A DNA stretch of 64,000 nucleotides from Acidimicrobiaceae bacterium (GCA_016845585.1 JAERSO010000149.1:42872-106871); one strand, 5' to 3'; shown: positions 51,581 to 61,762, counted from the stretch's first letter. Translations and numbers: made by a program. Notes: a model not told the origin generated them from the sequence alone.

Positions 51581-52888
51581 CTACTCGACCGGGGGAGGCG
51601 GAGGCGGCGCGAGTTCTGAGAGGCCGTCGTCCTCATCGTCGGAGCGCATGCTCTTCAAGATGTCGACGCCGGTTGCGGCCTCGATCTGCTCGGACATGCT
51701 GACCACGGCGGCCGGGAGCTGGCTCATCAGGCCTGGGATTCCGCCCTGCCCACCGTTCCCGGCGCCGTTGTCGATCACGGCCACACGGTCGATCGACACA
51801 CCACTGACGGTGGACACGATCTTGTCGACCAGGTCCGGCAGCATGTTCAGCACGAAGATCCGCTGACCGTCGTCGCCGGCGGCCTGGTACTGGTCGGTCA
51901 GTCGGCGGAAGACCTCGACCTGTGCCTTGCCGTCCTCGATGATCTTCGCCGCCTCGGCCTGGGCCTGGAGCTGCCTCGCTTCGAGATTGGCCTTGGCGGG
52001 AGTGACGACATCGGCTTCGAGGCGGCGGCGCTCGAGCTCGATGCGCGTCTGCTCGAGATCCTGCTCAGCGGTGGCGCGGGCGATGTCGCCGGCCACGGAC
52101 GCTTCCTCCTCCTTGGCGCGAGCGATGGCATCGAGCTCCGCGGTGCGGACCCGTAGCTGGTTTCGTTCTTCGACGATGTTCTTGTCGGCCTGAACGGTTG
52201 CGATCTGGGCACGTTCGCGAGCGGCCGCCTCAGCCTGCTCGGATTCGGCCATGCGGTTCGCCTCGGCGACGCGGGCTTCCTTCACCACCTCGGCGGTGAG
52301 TCGGCGACCAACTGACTCGAGGTACAGGTTGTCGTCGGTGACGTTCTGGATCTTCATCACGTCGAGCTCGAGGCCGAGCGTCTTGATGTCGTCGTCGGCC
52401 TCGTCGATCAGTTGCTGGGAGAACTTCAGACGGTCCTCGTTGACCTCCTCGGGCGACATCGTGGCGAGCACACCACGAAGGTTGGCCTCGAGGGTCTCTT
52501 TGGCGATCTGACCGATGTTGGCGGTGGGGATGTTCAAGAAGCGTTCGGCAGCGTTCTCCAACAACCCTTCGCGAGACGAGACCTTGACGTTGGCGATTCC
52601 CTGCACGTTCAACGGGATCGCACCGGCCGAGTAGGCATTGGTGACCGAGACCTCGAGCGGGATCGTGTTGAGATCCATCCACGCGACCTTTTCGATCAGG
52701 GGGATCCGCAGCGTTCGACCGCCCTTCAGGATGCGATAGCCGACTGTACGGCCGTCGCTCAGGGTTCGCTTGCGGCCAGAGATGACCGCCACCCGGTTCG
52801 GCGGGCAGATCACGATCAGTGAGCTGATGATCATGACGATGAAGATCAGGGCCATCGCGACTGCAAGGCCCGCTACCAGAAATCCCAT
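51581..52888 (-). CDS. Flotillin-like SPFH/band-7 protein
   Basis: N-terminal TM helix, SPFH domain, and a long Ala/Glu-rich coiled-coil flotillin repeat region. Confidence 0.8.
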   Translation of the reverse strand: MGFLVAGLAVAMALIFIVMIISSLIVICPPNRVAVISGRKRTLSDGRTVGYRILKGGRTLRIPLIEKVAWMDLNTIPLEVSVTNAYSAGAIPLNVQGIANVKVSSREGLLENAAERFLNIPTANIGQIAKETLEANLRGVLATMSPEEVNEDRLKFSQQLIDEADDDIKTLGLELDVMKIQNVTDDNLYLESVGRRLTAEVVKEARVAEANRMAESEQAEAAARERAQIATVQADKNIVEERNQLRVRTAELDAIARAKEEEASVAGDIARATAEQDLEQTRIELERRRLEADVVTPAKANLEARQLQAQAEAAKIIEDGKAQVEVFRRLTDQYQAAGDDGQRIFVLNMLPDLVDKIVSTVSGVSIDRVAVIDNGAGNGGQGGIPGLMSQLPAAVVSMSEQIEAATGVDILKSMRSDDEDDGLSELAPPPPPPVE

Positions 52889-52902
52889 TACCTTCTCCTG
52901 TC

Positions 52903-53445
52903 TTACCGATCCGCCGGATCGTCGAGTTCGAGATCGTCAAGCGGCGCAACGTACGCGACCCCGCCTTCCACCCGAACAACCACGACGGGCTTTCCAATGT
53001 CGATTGTGGACGAATCGGCCGGCGCCGCCGTCATCTGCTCTCGCGCCCCGGCGATCTCGAGAACGATCTTGCCGCGATGCTCTTCGCTCACGGGGAGTGC
53101 AACTCTGGCGATCTGACCCTCGAGTTCCGCGTCCATCACCTCGCTGGAGGTCGAGTTGCGCCGCAGCCACGCGAACGCCGCGCTGTTCAATGCGCCGGCC
53201 CCGATCCCCACGATGACTGCGAGGATGAAACCGGCGAGAACTCCCGTTCCCGCCACGTCGGCCAGGACTCCCGTCAAGCCGAAGAAGGCCATCACGAAGG
53301 CGAAGGTGGACAAGGGGATGACCGAGAGCGGCCCGTCCGCATCGACCTCGCCACCGAAACCCTCGGCATCGGCGTCACCGGCGAACGCGAACCAGAGCAG
53401 CAACGGCGCGCCCACCGCAAGGAAAAAGACGTAGAGACCTGTCAT
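52903..53445 (-). CDS. NfeD-like membrane protein (flotillin partner)
   Basis: Hydrophobic N-terminal half and C-terminal OB-fold-like domain. Lies immediately upstream of the flotillin gene. Start at MTGLYVFFL. Confidence 0.65.
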   Translation of the reverse strand: MTGLYVFFLAVGAPLLLWFAFAGDADAEGFGGEVDADGPLSVIPLSTFAFVMAFFGLTGVLADVAGTGVLAGFILAVIVGIGAGALNSAAFAWLRRNSTSSEVMDAELEGQIARVALPVSEEHRGKIVLEIAGAREQMTAAPADSSTIDIGKPVVVVRVEGGVAYVAPLDDLELDDPADR

Positions 53446-53477
53446 ACCCGCATCACGAGTCCACCGTAGTTCGGTTT

Positions 53478-54458
53478 TTGAAGGGGCCGCCTGCGGGTAC
53501 GCTCCCGGCCGTGACCGATGCATCCACCGAGACCGTCATCATCAACAACAGCGGATACGACTTTCCGTCGGCCGTGAGCGAGTGGCCGGAGGTGCAGGTC
53601 ATCGAGATTCCGTCCGTCGCCGATGTACCGGCCGATCTCACCGGCGATGTCGTCGTGACGACCACCGAGGGCAGCAGGAACCTCGCCACCATCCTCGAGC
53701 GCGGTGTCGGCTGGGTGCACACCGTCGGCACGGGCGTCGACAACTTTCCGTTCGATGTGCTCGACGGACAGACCCTCACGTGCTCGCGCGGCGCCAGTGG
53801 CCTCCCGATCGGCGAGTGGGTCTTCGCCCAGATGCTCGCCTTCGCGAAGGGCATGCCCGAGGTGTTCGCGAGCGATGCGCCGGAGACATGGGGAATCGAC
53901 CGGCGGATCGGCTCGTTGCGGGGGGCCACCGTCGTGATCGTCGGAGTCGGGGGGATCGGCACCGAGGTCACCCGGCTCAGCCTGGCGCTGGACATGAACG
54001 TCATCGGTGTTCGCCGCCGGGGGAACGTCGGTCCCTTCGACGAGATGACCATCGTCAACGACCTCGCCGAGGTCATCGGCGAAGCCGACCATCTCGTTCT
54101 CGCCGCGCCGGCCACCGCCGAAACCCGCCACCTGATCGACGCCACGATGCTCGACCAGGTGAAGCCGGGACTCCACCTCGTGAACATCGCTCGCGGAACC
54201 CTGATCGATCAGGACGCGCTGCGTGTCGCGCTCGACGACGGTCGCGTCGCCCGGGCATCGCTCGACGTCACCGACCCCGAACCCCTACCGGCGCCGCACT
54301 GGCTCTACGACCACTCCAAGGTGATGCTGACGCCCCACACGAGCTGGATGGGCCCGGGAGCGTTGAGCATGATGATGGCCCTCCTGAAGGCGAACATCGA
54401 CCACTACCGCGCCGGCGAGCCCCTCGAGGGCATCGTGGACGTCGAACTCGGGTACTGA
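53478..54458 (+). CDS. D-isomer-specific 2-hydroxyacid dehydrogenase family protein
   Basis: NAD-binding GVGGIGTEV and catalytic R/E/H blocks (NIARG, DV.DPEP). The start may instead be a GTG at ~53512. Confidence 0.8.
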   Translation: MKGPPAGTLPAVTDASTETVIINNSGYDFPSAVSEWPEVQVIEIPSVADVPADLTGDVVVTTTEGSRNLATILERGVGWVHTVGTGVDNFPFDVLDGQTLTCSRGASGLPIGEWVFAQMLAFAKGMPEVFASDAPETWGIDRRIGSLRGATVVIVGVGGIGTEVTRLSLALDMNVIGVRRRGNVGPFDEMTIVNDLAEVIGEADHLVLAAPATAETRHLIDATMLDQVKPGLHLVNIARGTLIDQDALRVALDDGRVARASLDVTDPEPLPAPHWLYDHSKVMLTPHTSWMGPGALSMMMALLKANIDHYRAGEPLEGIVDVELGY

Positions 54459-54471
54459 TAGAACCCGAGCC

Positions 54472-55386
54472 ATGTCGACAATCCACGACATCGCCGTCGT
54501 TGGAAGCGCCAACCTCGACCTCGTTGTCGATGTGGCACACGTCCCGCTCGTCGGGGAGACCGTCATGGGCGGCGACCTGCAACGCTATCCAGGGGGCAAG
54601 GGAGCGAACCAGGCGGTTGCCGCCGCTCGTCTCGGGCGACACGTTGCGATGATCGGCCGCCTCGGCGACGACGAGGGCGGCGCGATCCTCCGAAGCGCAC
54701 TGGAGGCCGACGGCATCGACACGGCTCACCTCGTCACGACCGCCGACGTTCCCAACGGGGTCGCGTTGATCGCGGTCGAGCACGGCGGAGACAACGCCAT
54801 CGTCGTCAGCCCGGGCGCCAACGCCCGGGTGTCAGCCTCCGATGTCGACGCTGCCGGACCGGTTCTCGCGAGTGCCGCCGTCACACTCCTCCAGCTCGAG
54901 ATCCCACTCGACGCCGTCGAAGCGGCGGCTGACGCGGCGACTGGCACCGTGATCCTCAATCCTGCGCCCGCCCCCGCCGAGCCGCTGTCCGACGCGCTCC
55001 TGCAGAACGTCGATGTGGTGGTTCCGAATCAGACCGAGCTGGCGACCCTCACGGGTCACCGCGGGCCGGTCGACGCGGTTGTGGCTGCAGAACTCGCCGC
55101 TCAGCTGCCGTGCCCGGTGGTCGTGATCACGCTCGGCGGCGACGGAGCGTTGGTCGTCACCGAGGGCACCAGTACCCACGTTGCAGCCCCGAGTGTCGGA
55201 CCGGTCGACACCACGGCCGCGGGAGACTCGTTCTGTGGGGCGCTCGCCGACGCCCTGGTCGGTGGCGCCGGCATCGTCGAAGCCGCCGAGTGGGCCGTGC
55301 GTGTCGGCGCGGCCACGACGCTGCGTCCCGGGGCCCAACCGTCGCTCCCCACCCCTGCCGAGGTCGAGGCCCTGCTTCGGCCCTAG
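54472..55386 (+). CDS. rbsK: Ribokinase (PfkB family)
   Basis: GG motif near the N-terminus (VVGSANLDL), NxxE, and C-terminal anion-hole DTTAAGD. Confidence 0.82.
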   Translation: MSTIHDIAVVGSANLDLVVDVAHVPLVGETVMGGDLQRYPGGKGANQAVAAARLGRHVAMIGRLGDDEGGAILRSALEADGIDTAHLVTTADVPNGVALIAVEHGGDNAIVVSPGANARVSASDVDAAGPVLASAAVTLLQLEIPLDAVEAAADAATGTVILNPAPAPAEPLSDALLQNVDVVVPNQTELATLTGHRGPVDAVVAAELAAQLPCPVVVITLGGDGALVVTEGTSTHVAAPSVGPVDTTAAGDSFCGALADALVGGAGIVEAAEWAVRVGAATTLRPGAQPSLPTPAEVEALLRP

Positions 55387-55395
55387 CATCGGGGG

Positions 55396-56340
55396 ATGCC
55401 TGTCTCGATGTTGATCGACTGTGACCCCGGTGTCGACGATGCGATCGCACTCCTCGCCGCCATATCGCGGGCCGATCTCATCGGCATCACGACGGTCAAC
55501 GGCAACGTGGGGATCGAGCACACCACGCACAATGCTCTCGCAATCGTCCAGATCGCTGGTGTCGATGTGCCGGTTCACCGTGGCGCGGCCCGCCCCCTGC
55601 TCGCACCGACCATGGATGCGGCCTACGTTCACGGTGCCACCGGCCTCGGATCCGTCGACCTTCCGCCGCTCAGCCGCGACATCGACAGCGACGACGCGGT
55701 CGGATTCATCCTCGACATGGCCCGAAGCGTGGACGACCTTCAGCTGGTCGCGGTCGGCCCCCTGACCAACATCGCCCTCGCACTCCGCCGTGACCCGTCG
55801 CTGCCATCGCGACTCGGCGGGTTCACGATCATGGGCGGAGCCGCCGGCCCGGGCAATGTCACCTCCACCGCGGAGTTCAACATCTGGGCGGACCCCGAGG
55901 CGGCTGCGATGGTGTTCAACGAATTCCCGATGCTGACGATGGTCGGCCTCGACGTCACCCACAAGGTGCTGCTCGGCGCGGCCGAGCGCGACCGCCTTCG
56001 CGATGCGGGCACGCCCGCGTCGCGGTTGGCCGCCGAACTGTTGGACCACGCGGTCCATGTCGCGAGCGAGATCCGCGGTTGGGCGGGCGCCCCGATCCAT
56101 GACGCGTCCGCGGTCGTGGCCGTGCTGCGGCCGGAGCTCTTCGATGGTCGATCACATCCGGTGTCGGTGGAGGTCAACGGCGTGCACACTCGGGGGATGA
56201 CGGTCGTGGACCAGCGCATCGGCGGGAGAGACGGTACCGACGAGCAGCCCCCGAACGCCCATGTGCTCTTCGACGCCCAGACGGATCAGGTCGTCACCGA
56301 GATCGTCGACGCGGTCATCGAACTTCAGGCCCAGGGGTAG
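55396..56340 (+). CDS. Inosine-uridine-preferring nucleoside hydrolase
   Basis: N-terminal DCDPGVDDAIALL aspartate cluster (DxDxxxDD). Confidence 0.85.
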   Translation: MPVSMLIDCDPGVDDAIALLAAISRADLIGITTVNGNVGIEHTTHNALAIVQIAGVDVPVHRGAARPLLAPTMDAAYVHGATGLGSVDLPPLSRDIDSDDAVGFILDMARSVDDLQLVAVGPLTNIALALRRDPSLPSRLGGFTIMGGAAGPGNVTSTAEFNIWADPEAAAMVFNEFPMLTMVGLDVTHKVLLGAAERDRLRDAGTPASRLAAELLDHAVHVASEIRGWAGAPIHDASAVVAVLRPELFDGRSHPVSVEVNGVHTRGMTVVDQRIGGRDGTDEQPPNAHVLFDAQTDQVVTEIVDAVIELQAQG

Positions 56341-56358
56341 AAGGGACGGCGTCGGCGG

Positions 56359-57093
56359 GTGGACACGTACCTCGAGTACCTCGATGGTGATCGGGTGATC
56401 TACGCCTTCGTGCTCGCGTGGGTCGTCGCCGGCACGATCTGGGTTGTGCTCGACTGGCTCGGCAATCCGAGTCGCGGGGCCTTCCGTCCCAAGGGCGAGC
56501 GCTACGAGGGCAACTGGCGCCAGCGTCGCGACGCCCGCCGCCGCAAAGCACAAGAGGACGACGCAGCCATCCGGACCACACTGCGAGACGCGTACGGGGT
56601 CTCGAGCCTCCGGGTGGGATGGAACCGCAAGCGCGAAGCTCGTGTCCTGGCGTCGGACGACCTGCTCGTGCGCACCCTTCCTGCGCCTCCTCCGAAACGC
56701 AAGCGGCGAGTCTTCACGCGCCTACCCGAGCTCCGGCCCGAGGAGTTGCTGGCACCCCCGGAACCGGTGCTCGCCACCTACGACGAATCCCAGGGCGTCT
56801 CGATTCCGGAGCCGATCCTCCCGCGCGGGCGCTGGAATGTCGGACTCGACCCATTGATGCTCAGCGCCGACGAGACGTCGCCCAAACCGGCAACGATCCG
56901 CAGCCGCGTCTGGAAGAACCACGCGGACGAGGCCTTCTGGGGTGTCGAGAACCAGGAGAGGATGCGCACGGGCAAGCCGCCGCGACGAACCAATCCTGCG
57001 ACCGGCAAGGTCGAAACGGCGGCCGTCGACCTGGTCAGCGCACGGCCGTACTGGAAGTCCGGCGCCGTCGATCCGTTCGGCGAACCGACGTGA
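56359..57093 (+). CDS. Hypothetical membrane-anchored basic protein
   Basis: 244 aa. One N-terminal TM helix (VIYAFVLAWVVAGTIWVVL), then a highly basic region (RQRRDARRRK, PKRKRR). No family recognised. Confidence 0.45.
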   Translation: MDTYLEYLDGDRVIYAFVLAWVVAGTIWVVLDWLGNPSRGAFRPKGERYEGNWRQRRDARRRKAQEDDAAIRTTLRDAYGVSSLRVGWNRKREARVLASDDLLVRTLPAPPPKRKRRVFTRLPELRPEELLAPPEPVLATYDESQGVSIPEPILPRGRWNVGLDPLMLSADETSPKPATIRSRVWKNHADEAFWGVENQERMRTGKPPRRTNPATGKVETAAVDLVSARPYWKSGAVDPFGEPT

Positions 57094-57488
57094 ACGACAC
57101 CACCCGCCAGCGGTCCCGCGAGTACACGCTCACCGCGACCACCACCGTCACCATCCGTCGCGGCATCCACAGCGACCAGCGCGACCAGGGGATCCTGCTG
57201 CGGCATCGGCGACCGATGACGGTCGGCGACGTCTCCGCCAGGGAACTCGTCTTGTGGTCGACCACAGCACCGATCGAAGCCGAGGTCACCGTTCCGCCCG
57301 GCGCCCTGATGGTGTGGAACGTGTGGCGGGACAACGGCGCCATGCACGCCCTCCTCGGCGATGCCGAGATCCGCGAGACCGAACTCCCCGGCGGGGCTCT
57401 GATGCTCGAATGCTCAGACGGCTTCGCCCCGAGCGAGTCGACCGATCTCCGCGTCGAGCTCCGGTTCGACCCGCCGCTGTCCGGCTGA
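57090..57488 (+). CDS. Hypothetical small protein, translationally coupled (GTGA) to the preceding gene
   Basis: About 132 aa. It is the only part of the long track ORF 56418-57488 that does not overlap the upstream gene. Contains RQRSR...DVSARE, reminiscent of a degenerate PilZ RxxxR/DxSxxG pair. Confidence 0.35.
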   Translation: MNDTTRQRSREYTLTATTTVTIRRGIHSDQRDQGILLRHRRPMTVGDVSARELVLWSTTAPIEAEVTVPPGALMVWNVWRDNGAMHALLGDAEIRETELPGGALMLECSDGFAPSESTDLRVELRFDPPLSG

Positions 57489-57761
57489 CCTCACGGGGCC
57501 GGCCCGTGATCCGAACGACCCATGCGAAACGTTGGTTCCGCGTGGGGCGCGATACCCAGGGGGGTCAACTTCGCCCCACCGGGTCCGATCTCTGCCATGT
57601 CGCAAAGGCGCGGCATGTAGTCAGGGACAGGGCAATGGACGAACTACCGAGAACGAAGTCAGTCGAAGGATTCTCGCTCGTGACAGGGCCGGGCCGTGCG
57701 CCGCTTACCCGCCGCCAGGCGAACGCCCTTGGTCGTGTGCTCGGAACCGTTCCTCAGACCG

Positions 57762-58260
57762 TCACCCGGCGCTGATCGGACGGTGGATCTCGGCACCCCA
57801 TGTGGTGCCGGGCTCGACGACCGTACGGAGCACGGTTGCGGCCGTGATCAGCCAACGAACGATCGCGCTGGGGTCGGCGTCGTGCGGTAGGTCGACCACG
57901 ATCCCGTGTTTCGCGTGGTCCTGACGCTTCACCCAGCCTGACGGCAGGCCGAGGCCGAGTTCGTCGAGTCGCTTCAGCGCGTTGGGCCCCGTGCCGTGGG
58001 CGACGCCCAGTTGCGCCGGCCGCGGCTTGCGGTCAGTGGCAGGAGGTGTCCAAGTCGCCAATGCCACCGCAGGTCCACGTCCCGAGAACCATGCCGCCAC
58101 ACCGGATCGTTCGGGGACGCGTCGCTGTTGCTCTTCGTCGAGCAGAGGGCCGATGTTGATCCAGCCCTGGCCATCACCGCGCCCGGCGAGTTCGACCATC
58201 GCCGCGACAACCGCTTCATCCTCGTCGCGGTGAAACTCGACCGACTCCGTCTCGAACGCC
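57762..58260 (-). CDS. Hypothetical protein
   Basis: C-terminal ~166 codons of the 297-aa track ORF, from ATG MAFETESVEF. The upstream part of that ORF is Ser/Arg-rich low-complexity and overlaps the DUF3048 gene start. Confidence 0.4.
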
Positions 58261-58308
58261 ATCTCGCGACCGTAGCGACTGCGTCCGGCCAACCCGACCC
58301 GGTACGGT

Positions 58309-59820
58309 GTGGAGACGTTGCGGACGTCACGATTCATCCCTGTTCTCATTGCTGCCGTTGCCGCCGCCTCCCTGGCCGCCGGTGCGCCCGCGTCCGGCCA
58401 GACGAGCCCGGGCGAGCTCGGCGACCTCGAGCGCCGCCGAGACGAAATCACCATCGAGCTCGGCCGGCTCGACGCCGAGCTCGGCGCGCTCGATGACGAT
58501 CTCGCTCGCGTCGACGAGGAGATCGACGTCCGGAGAGCCGCCATCGAACTCGTGGCCGACGACTTCGAGCGAGCAGTCGATGCCCGCAGGGAGCCCGAAC
58601 ACACTCGGGTCACGGTGGCGCTGGTCGGGTTCACGTCGGGCGATCCCCGCTCCAACGCCCTGCTCGACGAGGTTCGCGTGCTTCAGGGTGACGATGAGCC
58701 GTCACGACGCCGAGAGCTGTACGAGGCCGTCATCGTCGATGCGGAGCAGCGGCTGGAGGAATCCGATGAGCAGCTCCGAGGGCTCGCCGATGAGATGGCG
58801 AACACACGCGAGATGCTCCGGAGTGTCGAGGCGGAACGCGCCGACATCGAGTCCCTCCACGGCGAAACCGGCGCCCACCGAGTCGAATTGGCGATCGAGT
58901 TGGACGAGACCGAACGCCGGATCGCGCTCCTGATCTCGCTGCAGGGCAAGACCTTGTTGACCGGTGAGGTGACCTTCGATGTGGTGGATCGACCGGTACT
59001 GGCCGTGAAGATCGACAATGTCGTCACCGCCCGACCACAGGCCGGAATCAACGAGGCCGACATGATCATCGTGGAGGAGGTCGAAGGTGGGCTCACCCGC
59101 TTGGCCGCCGTCTTCCACTCCACGACGCCGAGCGAGGTCGGGCCTGTCCGGTCGATGCGCACCGGCGACTTCGACCTCCTCGCGCAGTTCAACTCGCCGT
59201 TGTTCGCCACTTCGGGCGGCAACCGGGGTGCACGCGAGGCGCTGCGGAACTCGACGCTGGTCGACATCGGTGCCGCCACCCACGGCAGCCTCTACTACCG
59301 GACCGGGCGACCCGCCCCCCACAACCTCTTCACCAACCCGGCCAACTTGTGGTCGGTGGGTTCGGGCGAGGACTATGCGACCGGATCTCCCCCACCCGTG
59401 CTCCGATTCCGTGAACCGGGTGATCCGATCCCGGGCGAGCCGACGCCGGCCAACGGGGTCACGATCGACTATGGGCAGACCACGATCGAGTACGAGTGGG
59501 ACGGTTCGGGTTGGGCCCGCTCGCAGGACGGCTCTCCCACCGTGGACACCGCGGGAGTTCGCGCCACCCCCACCACGGTGATCGTCCAGTTCACCAAGTA
59601 CGTCCCATCACTCGCCGACCTGAAGTCTCCCGAAGCGGTCACCATCGGAGATGGCGACGCCTGGATCTTCACCGAGGGTCAGATCGTGCGCGCCAACTGG
59701 CGCCGAAACGAACTCGAGGACGTCTTCGAGTACGTCGATCACAACGGCAACTTCATCACCGTCCTGCCCGGCAAGAGTTGGATCGAGCTTCCCCGCGTGG
59801 ACCGAGCCACCGTCAACTGA
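58309..59820 (+). CDS. Secreted DUF3048-family protein with N-terminal coiled-coil
   Basis: Signal peptide, then a ~180-aa Glu/Arg/Leu-rich coiled-coil. DUF3048 N/C domains follow (VKIDNVVTARPQAGINEADMIIVEEVEGGLTRLAAVF...GPVRSMRTGD). Confidence 0.65.
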   Translation: METLRTSRFIPVLIAAVAAASLAAGAPASGQTSPGELGDLERRRDEITIELGRLDAELGALDDDLARVDEEIDVRRAAIELVADDFERAVDARREPEHTRVTVALVGFTSGDPRSNALLDEVRVLQGDDEPSRRRELYEAVIVDAEQRLEESDEQLRGLADEMANTREMLRSVEAERADIESLHGETGAHRVELAIELDETERRIALLISLQGKTLLTGEVTFDVVDRPVLAVKIDNVVTARPQAGINEADMIIVEEVEGGLTRLAAVFHSTTPSEVGPVRSMRTGDFDLLAQFNSPLFATSGGNRGAREALRNSTLVDIGAATHGSLYYRTGRPAPHNLFTNPANLWSVGSGEDYATGSPPPVLRFREPGDPIPGEPTPANGVTIDYGQTTIEYEWDGSGWARSQDGSPTVDTAGVRATPTTVIVQFTKYVPSLADLKSPEAVTIGDGDAWIFTEGQIVRANWRRNELEDVFEYVDHNGNFITVLPGKSWIELPRVDRATVN

Positions 59821-59826
59821 GGTCGG

Positions 59827-61290
59827 ATGCCACGCCCGATCGTTCGATGTCGTCCCGACCCGGTGATGATCGCCGGATTCGCCCGAATCCGCGATGAGCT
59901 GAACGTTCCCGTCGCCTTTCCGGACCCCGTGCTCGAAGCCGCCGAAGATGCGGTGCAGGCCGGGCCGCGCATCCCCGCCGGTGCGAGTGCCGCCGTGATC
60001 GACGCAACCGATCTGCCGCTGATGGCGATCGATCCCCCCGGCTCGACCGACCTCGATCAGGCGTTCTTCGCCCGCCGCGGAGGCAACGGCTACATCGTGT
60101 CGTACGCCATCGCCGACGTCGCCGCGCTCGTCGCACCTGGCGGACCCATTGACCTGGAAGCACGAGACCGGGGTCTCACGCTCTACAGCCCGGACCTGCG
60201 CACCTCGCTGCATCCGGAGTCGATCAATGAGGACGGCGGAAGCCTGCTCGAGGGCCGTGACCGACGGGCATTGCTCTGGACCATCGAGGTCGGCAGCGAC
60301 GGGAGCCTGGGTGACGCTCGCCTCGAGCGCGCCGACGTCCGGACCCGACACCAACTGTCGTACCGCGACGCCCAGGCCCAGATGGCATCGGCGGGTCCCG
60401 ACGACGCCCTCACGTTGTTGCGCGAGATCGGCGAGCTGCGCGAGGCCCAGGAACGCGACCGCGGTGCGGTCAGCTTGGCGATCCCGTCTCAGGAGGTCGT
60501 GCACCAGCCTGACGGGTCGTTTGCAGTCCTGTACGACGAATCGCTGCCGATCGAGGGATGGAACGCGCAGATCTCTCTGCTGACGGGTATTGCGGCCAGT
60601 CGGATCATGCTGGATGCAGGGGTCGGCCTCCTGCGCACGTTGCCCGAACCCGACGGCCGCACCGTGGGCCGACTCCGCCGCACGGCCAATGCCCTCGGGA
60701 TCGAGTGGCGGCGAGGGGAGAGCTACGCCGATCGTGTTCGGTCACTCCGACCGGACACGCCCGAGACGGCGGCCATGCTGAGCCAGGCCGCGCGAGGGCT
60801 CCGGGGAGCCGGCTACGTGTCGTTCGCCGATCATGATCCCCCGTCCGATCCCCGTCACTCGGCAATCGCATCCACCTACGCCCACGTCACAGCTCCGCTG
60901 AGGCGTCTGTGTGACCGATTCGCCAACGAGATCGTGCTCGCCCACTGCGCGGGCCACGCGCCACCGGCATGGGCCGTGGAGGCGCTCGAGGAACTCCCGA
61001 GCCTGATGGGGTCGGCCAAGACCCGGGATCGAAACCTCGAGCGGGCGATGGTCGACTTCATGGAAGCCACAGTGCTCACACCATTGGTGGGTGAGACGTT
61101 CGCCGCCGTTGTCACCGATGTCGACGACGAGCGCGAACGAGTGCGCATCCAGCTCCGGGAGCCTGCCGTGGTGGCGAAGATCGACACCAGTTCGATCGGT
61201 GATCACTCGATCGAACTGGGCGACCAGATCGCGGTTCGACTCGTCGCCACCGATCCCGGCGAGCGACGAGTCCACTTCACCATCGTCTAG
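59827..61290 (+). CDS. RNB-domain exoribonuclease (RNase II/R family, short form)
   Basis: RNB catalytic blocks (IDPPGSTDLDQAF, SYAIADV) with a C-terminal S1-like segment. No N-terminal cold-shock domains. Confidence 0.7.
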   Translation: MPRPIVRCRPDPVMIAGFARIRDELNVPVAFPDPVLEAAEDAVQAGPRIPAGASAAVIDATDLPLMAIDPPGSTDLDQAFFARRGGNGYIVSYAIADVAALVAPGGPIDLEARDRGLTLYSPDLRTSLHPESINEDGGSLLEGRDRRALLWTIEVGSDGSLGDARLERADVRTRHQLSYRDAQAQMASAGPDDALTLLREIGELREAQERDRGAVSLAIPSQEVVHQPDGSFAVLYDESLPIEGWNAQISLLTGIAASRIMLDAGVGLLRTLPEPDGRTVGRLRRTANALGIEWRRGESYADRVRSLRPDTPETAAMLSQAARGLRGAGYVSFADHDPPSDPRHSAIASTYAHVTAPLRRLCDRFANEIVLAHCAGHAPPAWAVEALEELPSLMGSAKTRDRNLERAMVDFMEATVLTPLVGETFAAVVTDVDDERERVRIQLREPAVVAKIDTSSIGDHSIELGDQIAVRLVATDPGERRVHFTIV

Positions 61291-61312
61291 AACAACGTCC
61301 CCGTGGAGACGG

Positions 61313-61723
61313 TCAGTGCGATACCGCCGGGTCGAGTTCCTTGGCGTGAGCGACCCAACGCTCGACCTCGCCGAGCGACGGTGGCCGGCGCACGAGGCGA
61401 CGCTTCTTCGCCTCGTTGGTCTCATGGAGCTTGGCGTGGAGGTTCGCCGCGTTGCGGTTGCGGAGTTCCTTGACCGTGTCGACGCCGGCCTGCTCGAGCA
61501 GGTCGCTGTATTCCTCTCCGACGCCACGCACCCGCATGAGGTCGGCTCGATTCACCCACTCGAGGAGCTGGGCTTCGGTGCAGCCCGATTCGGCCGCGAG
61601 GGCCTTGCGGCCCTTCTTGGCTCCCCCGGCCTTGAGCAGGCCCGCCGTGGACCGGATGCCGGCCTTGCGCAGGGCCTTGCCGTGCTTGGCCCCGATGCCT
61701 TCGATTGTTTCGATGGACGCCAT
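61313..61723 (-). CDS. DUF4332-like helix-hairpin-helix domain protein
   Basis: 136 aa. Two HhH-like GIG motifs (IEGIGAKHGKALRKAGI, VRGVGEEYSDLLEQAGV). Confidence 0.5.
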   Translation of the reverse strand: MASIETIEGIGAKHGKALRKAGIRSTAGLLKAGGAKKGRKALAAESGCTEAQLLEWVNRADLMRVRGVGEEYSDLLEQAGVDTVKELRNRNAANLHAKLHETNEAKKRRLVRRPPSLGEVERWVAHAKELDPAVSH

Positions 61724-61762
61724 CGTCGTTCTCCTCTGACTGGGGGATGGCTTGTCTTTGAT

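Noticed and set aside
56418-57089. Front part of the 356-aa plus-strand ORF overlapping the hypothetical membrane protein gene
   Set aside because: It is out of frame with the better-supported 56359-57093 CDS (TM helix, coherent composition). Only the part after 57090 is kept as a separate small gene.
57489-57761. Possible tmRNA/SRP RNA/6S RNA in the 274-bp gap
   Set aside because: No match to the conserved tmRNA tag-reading-frame or acceptor region, nor to the SRP-RNA domain IV motif. It is left as an unexplained gap in the relevant finding rather than called as an RNA gene.
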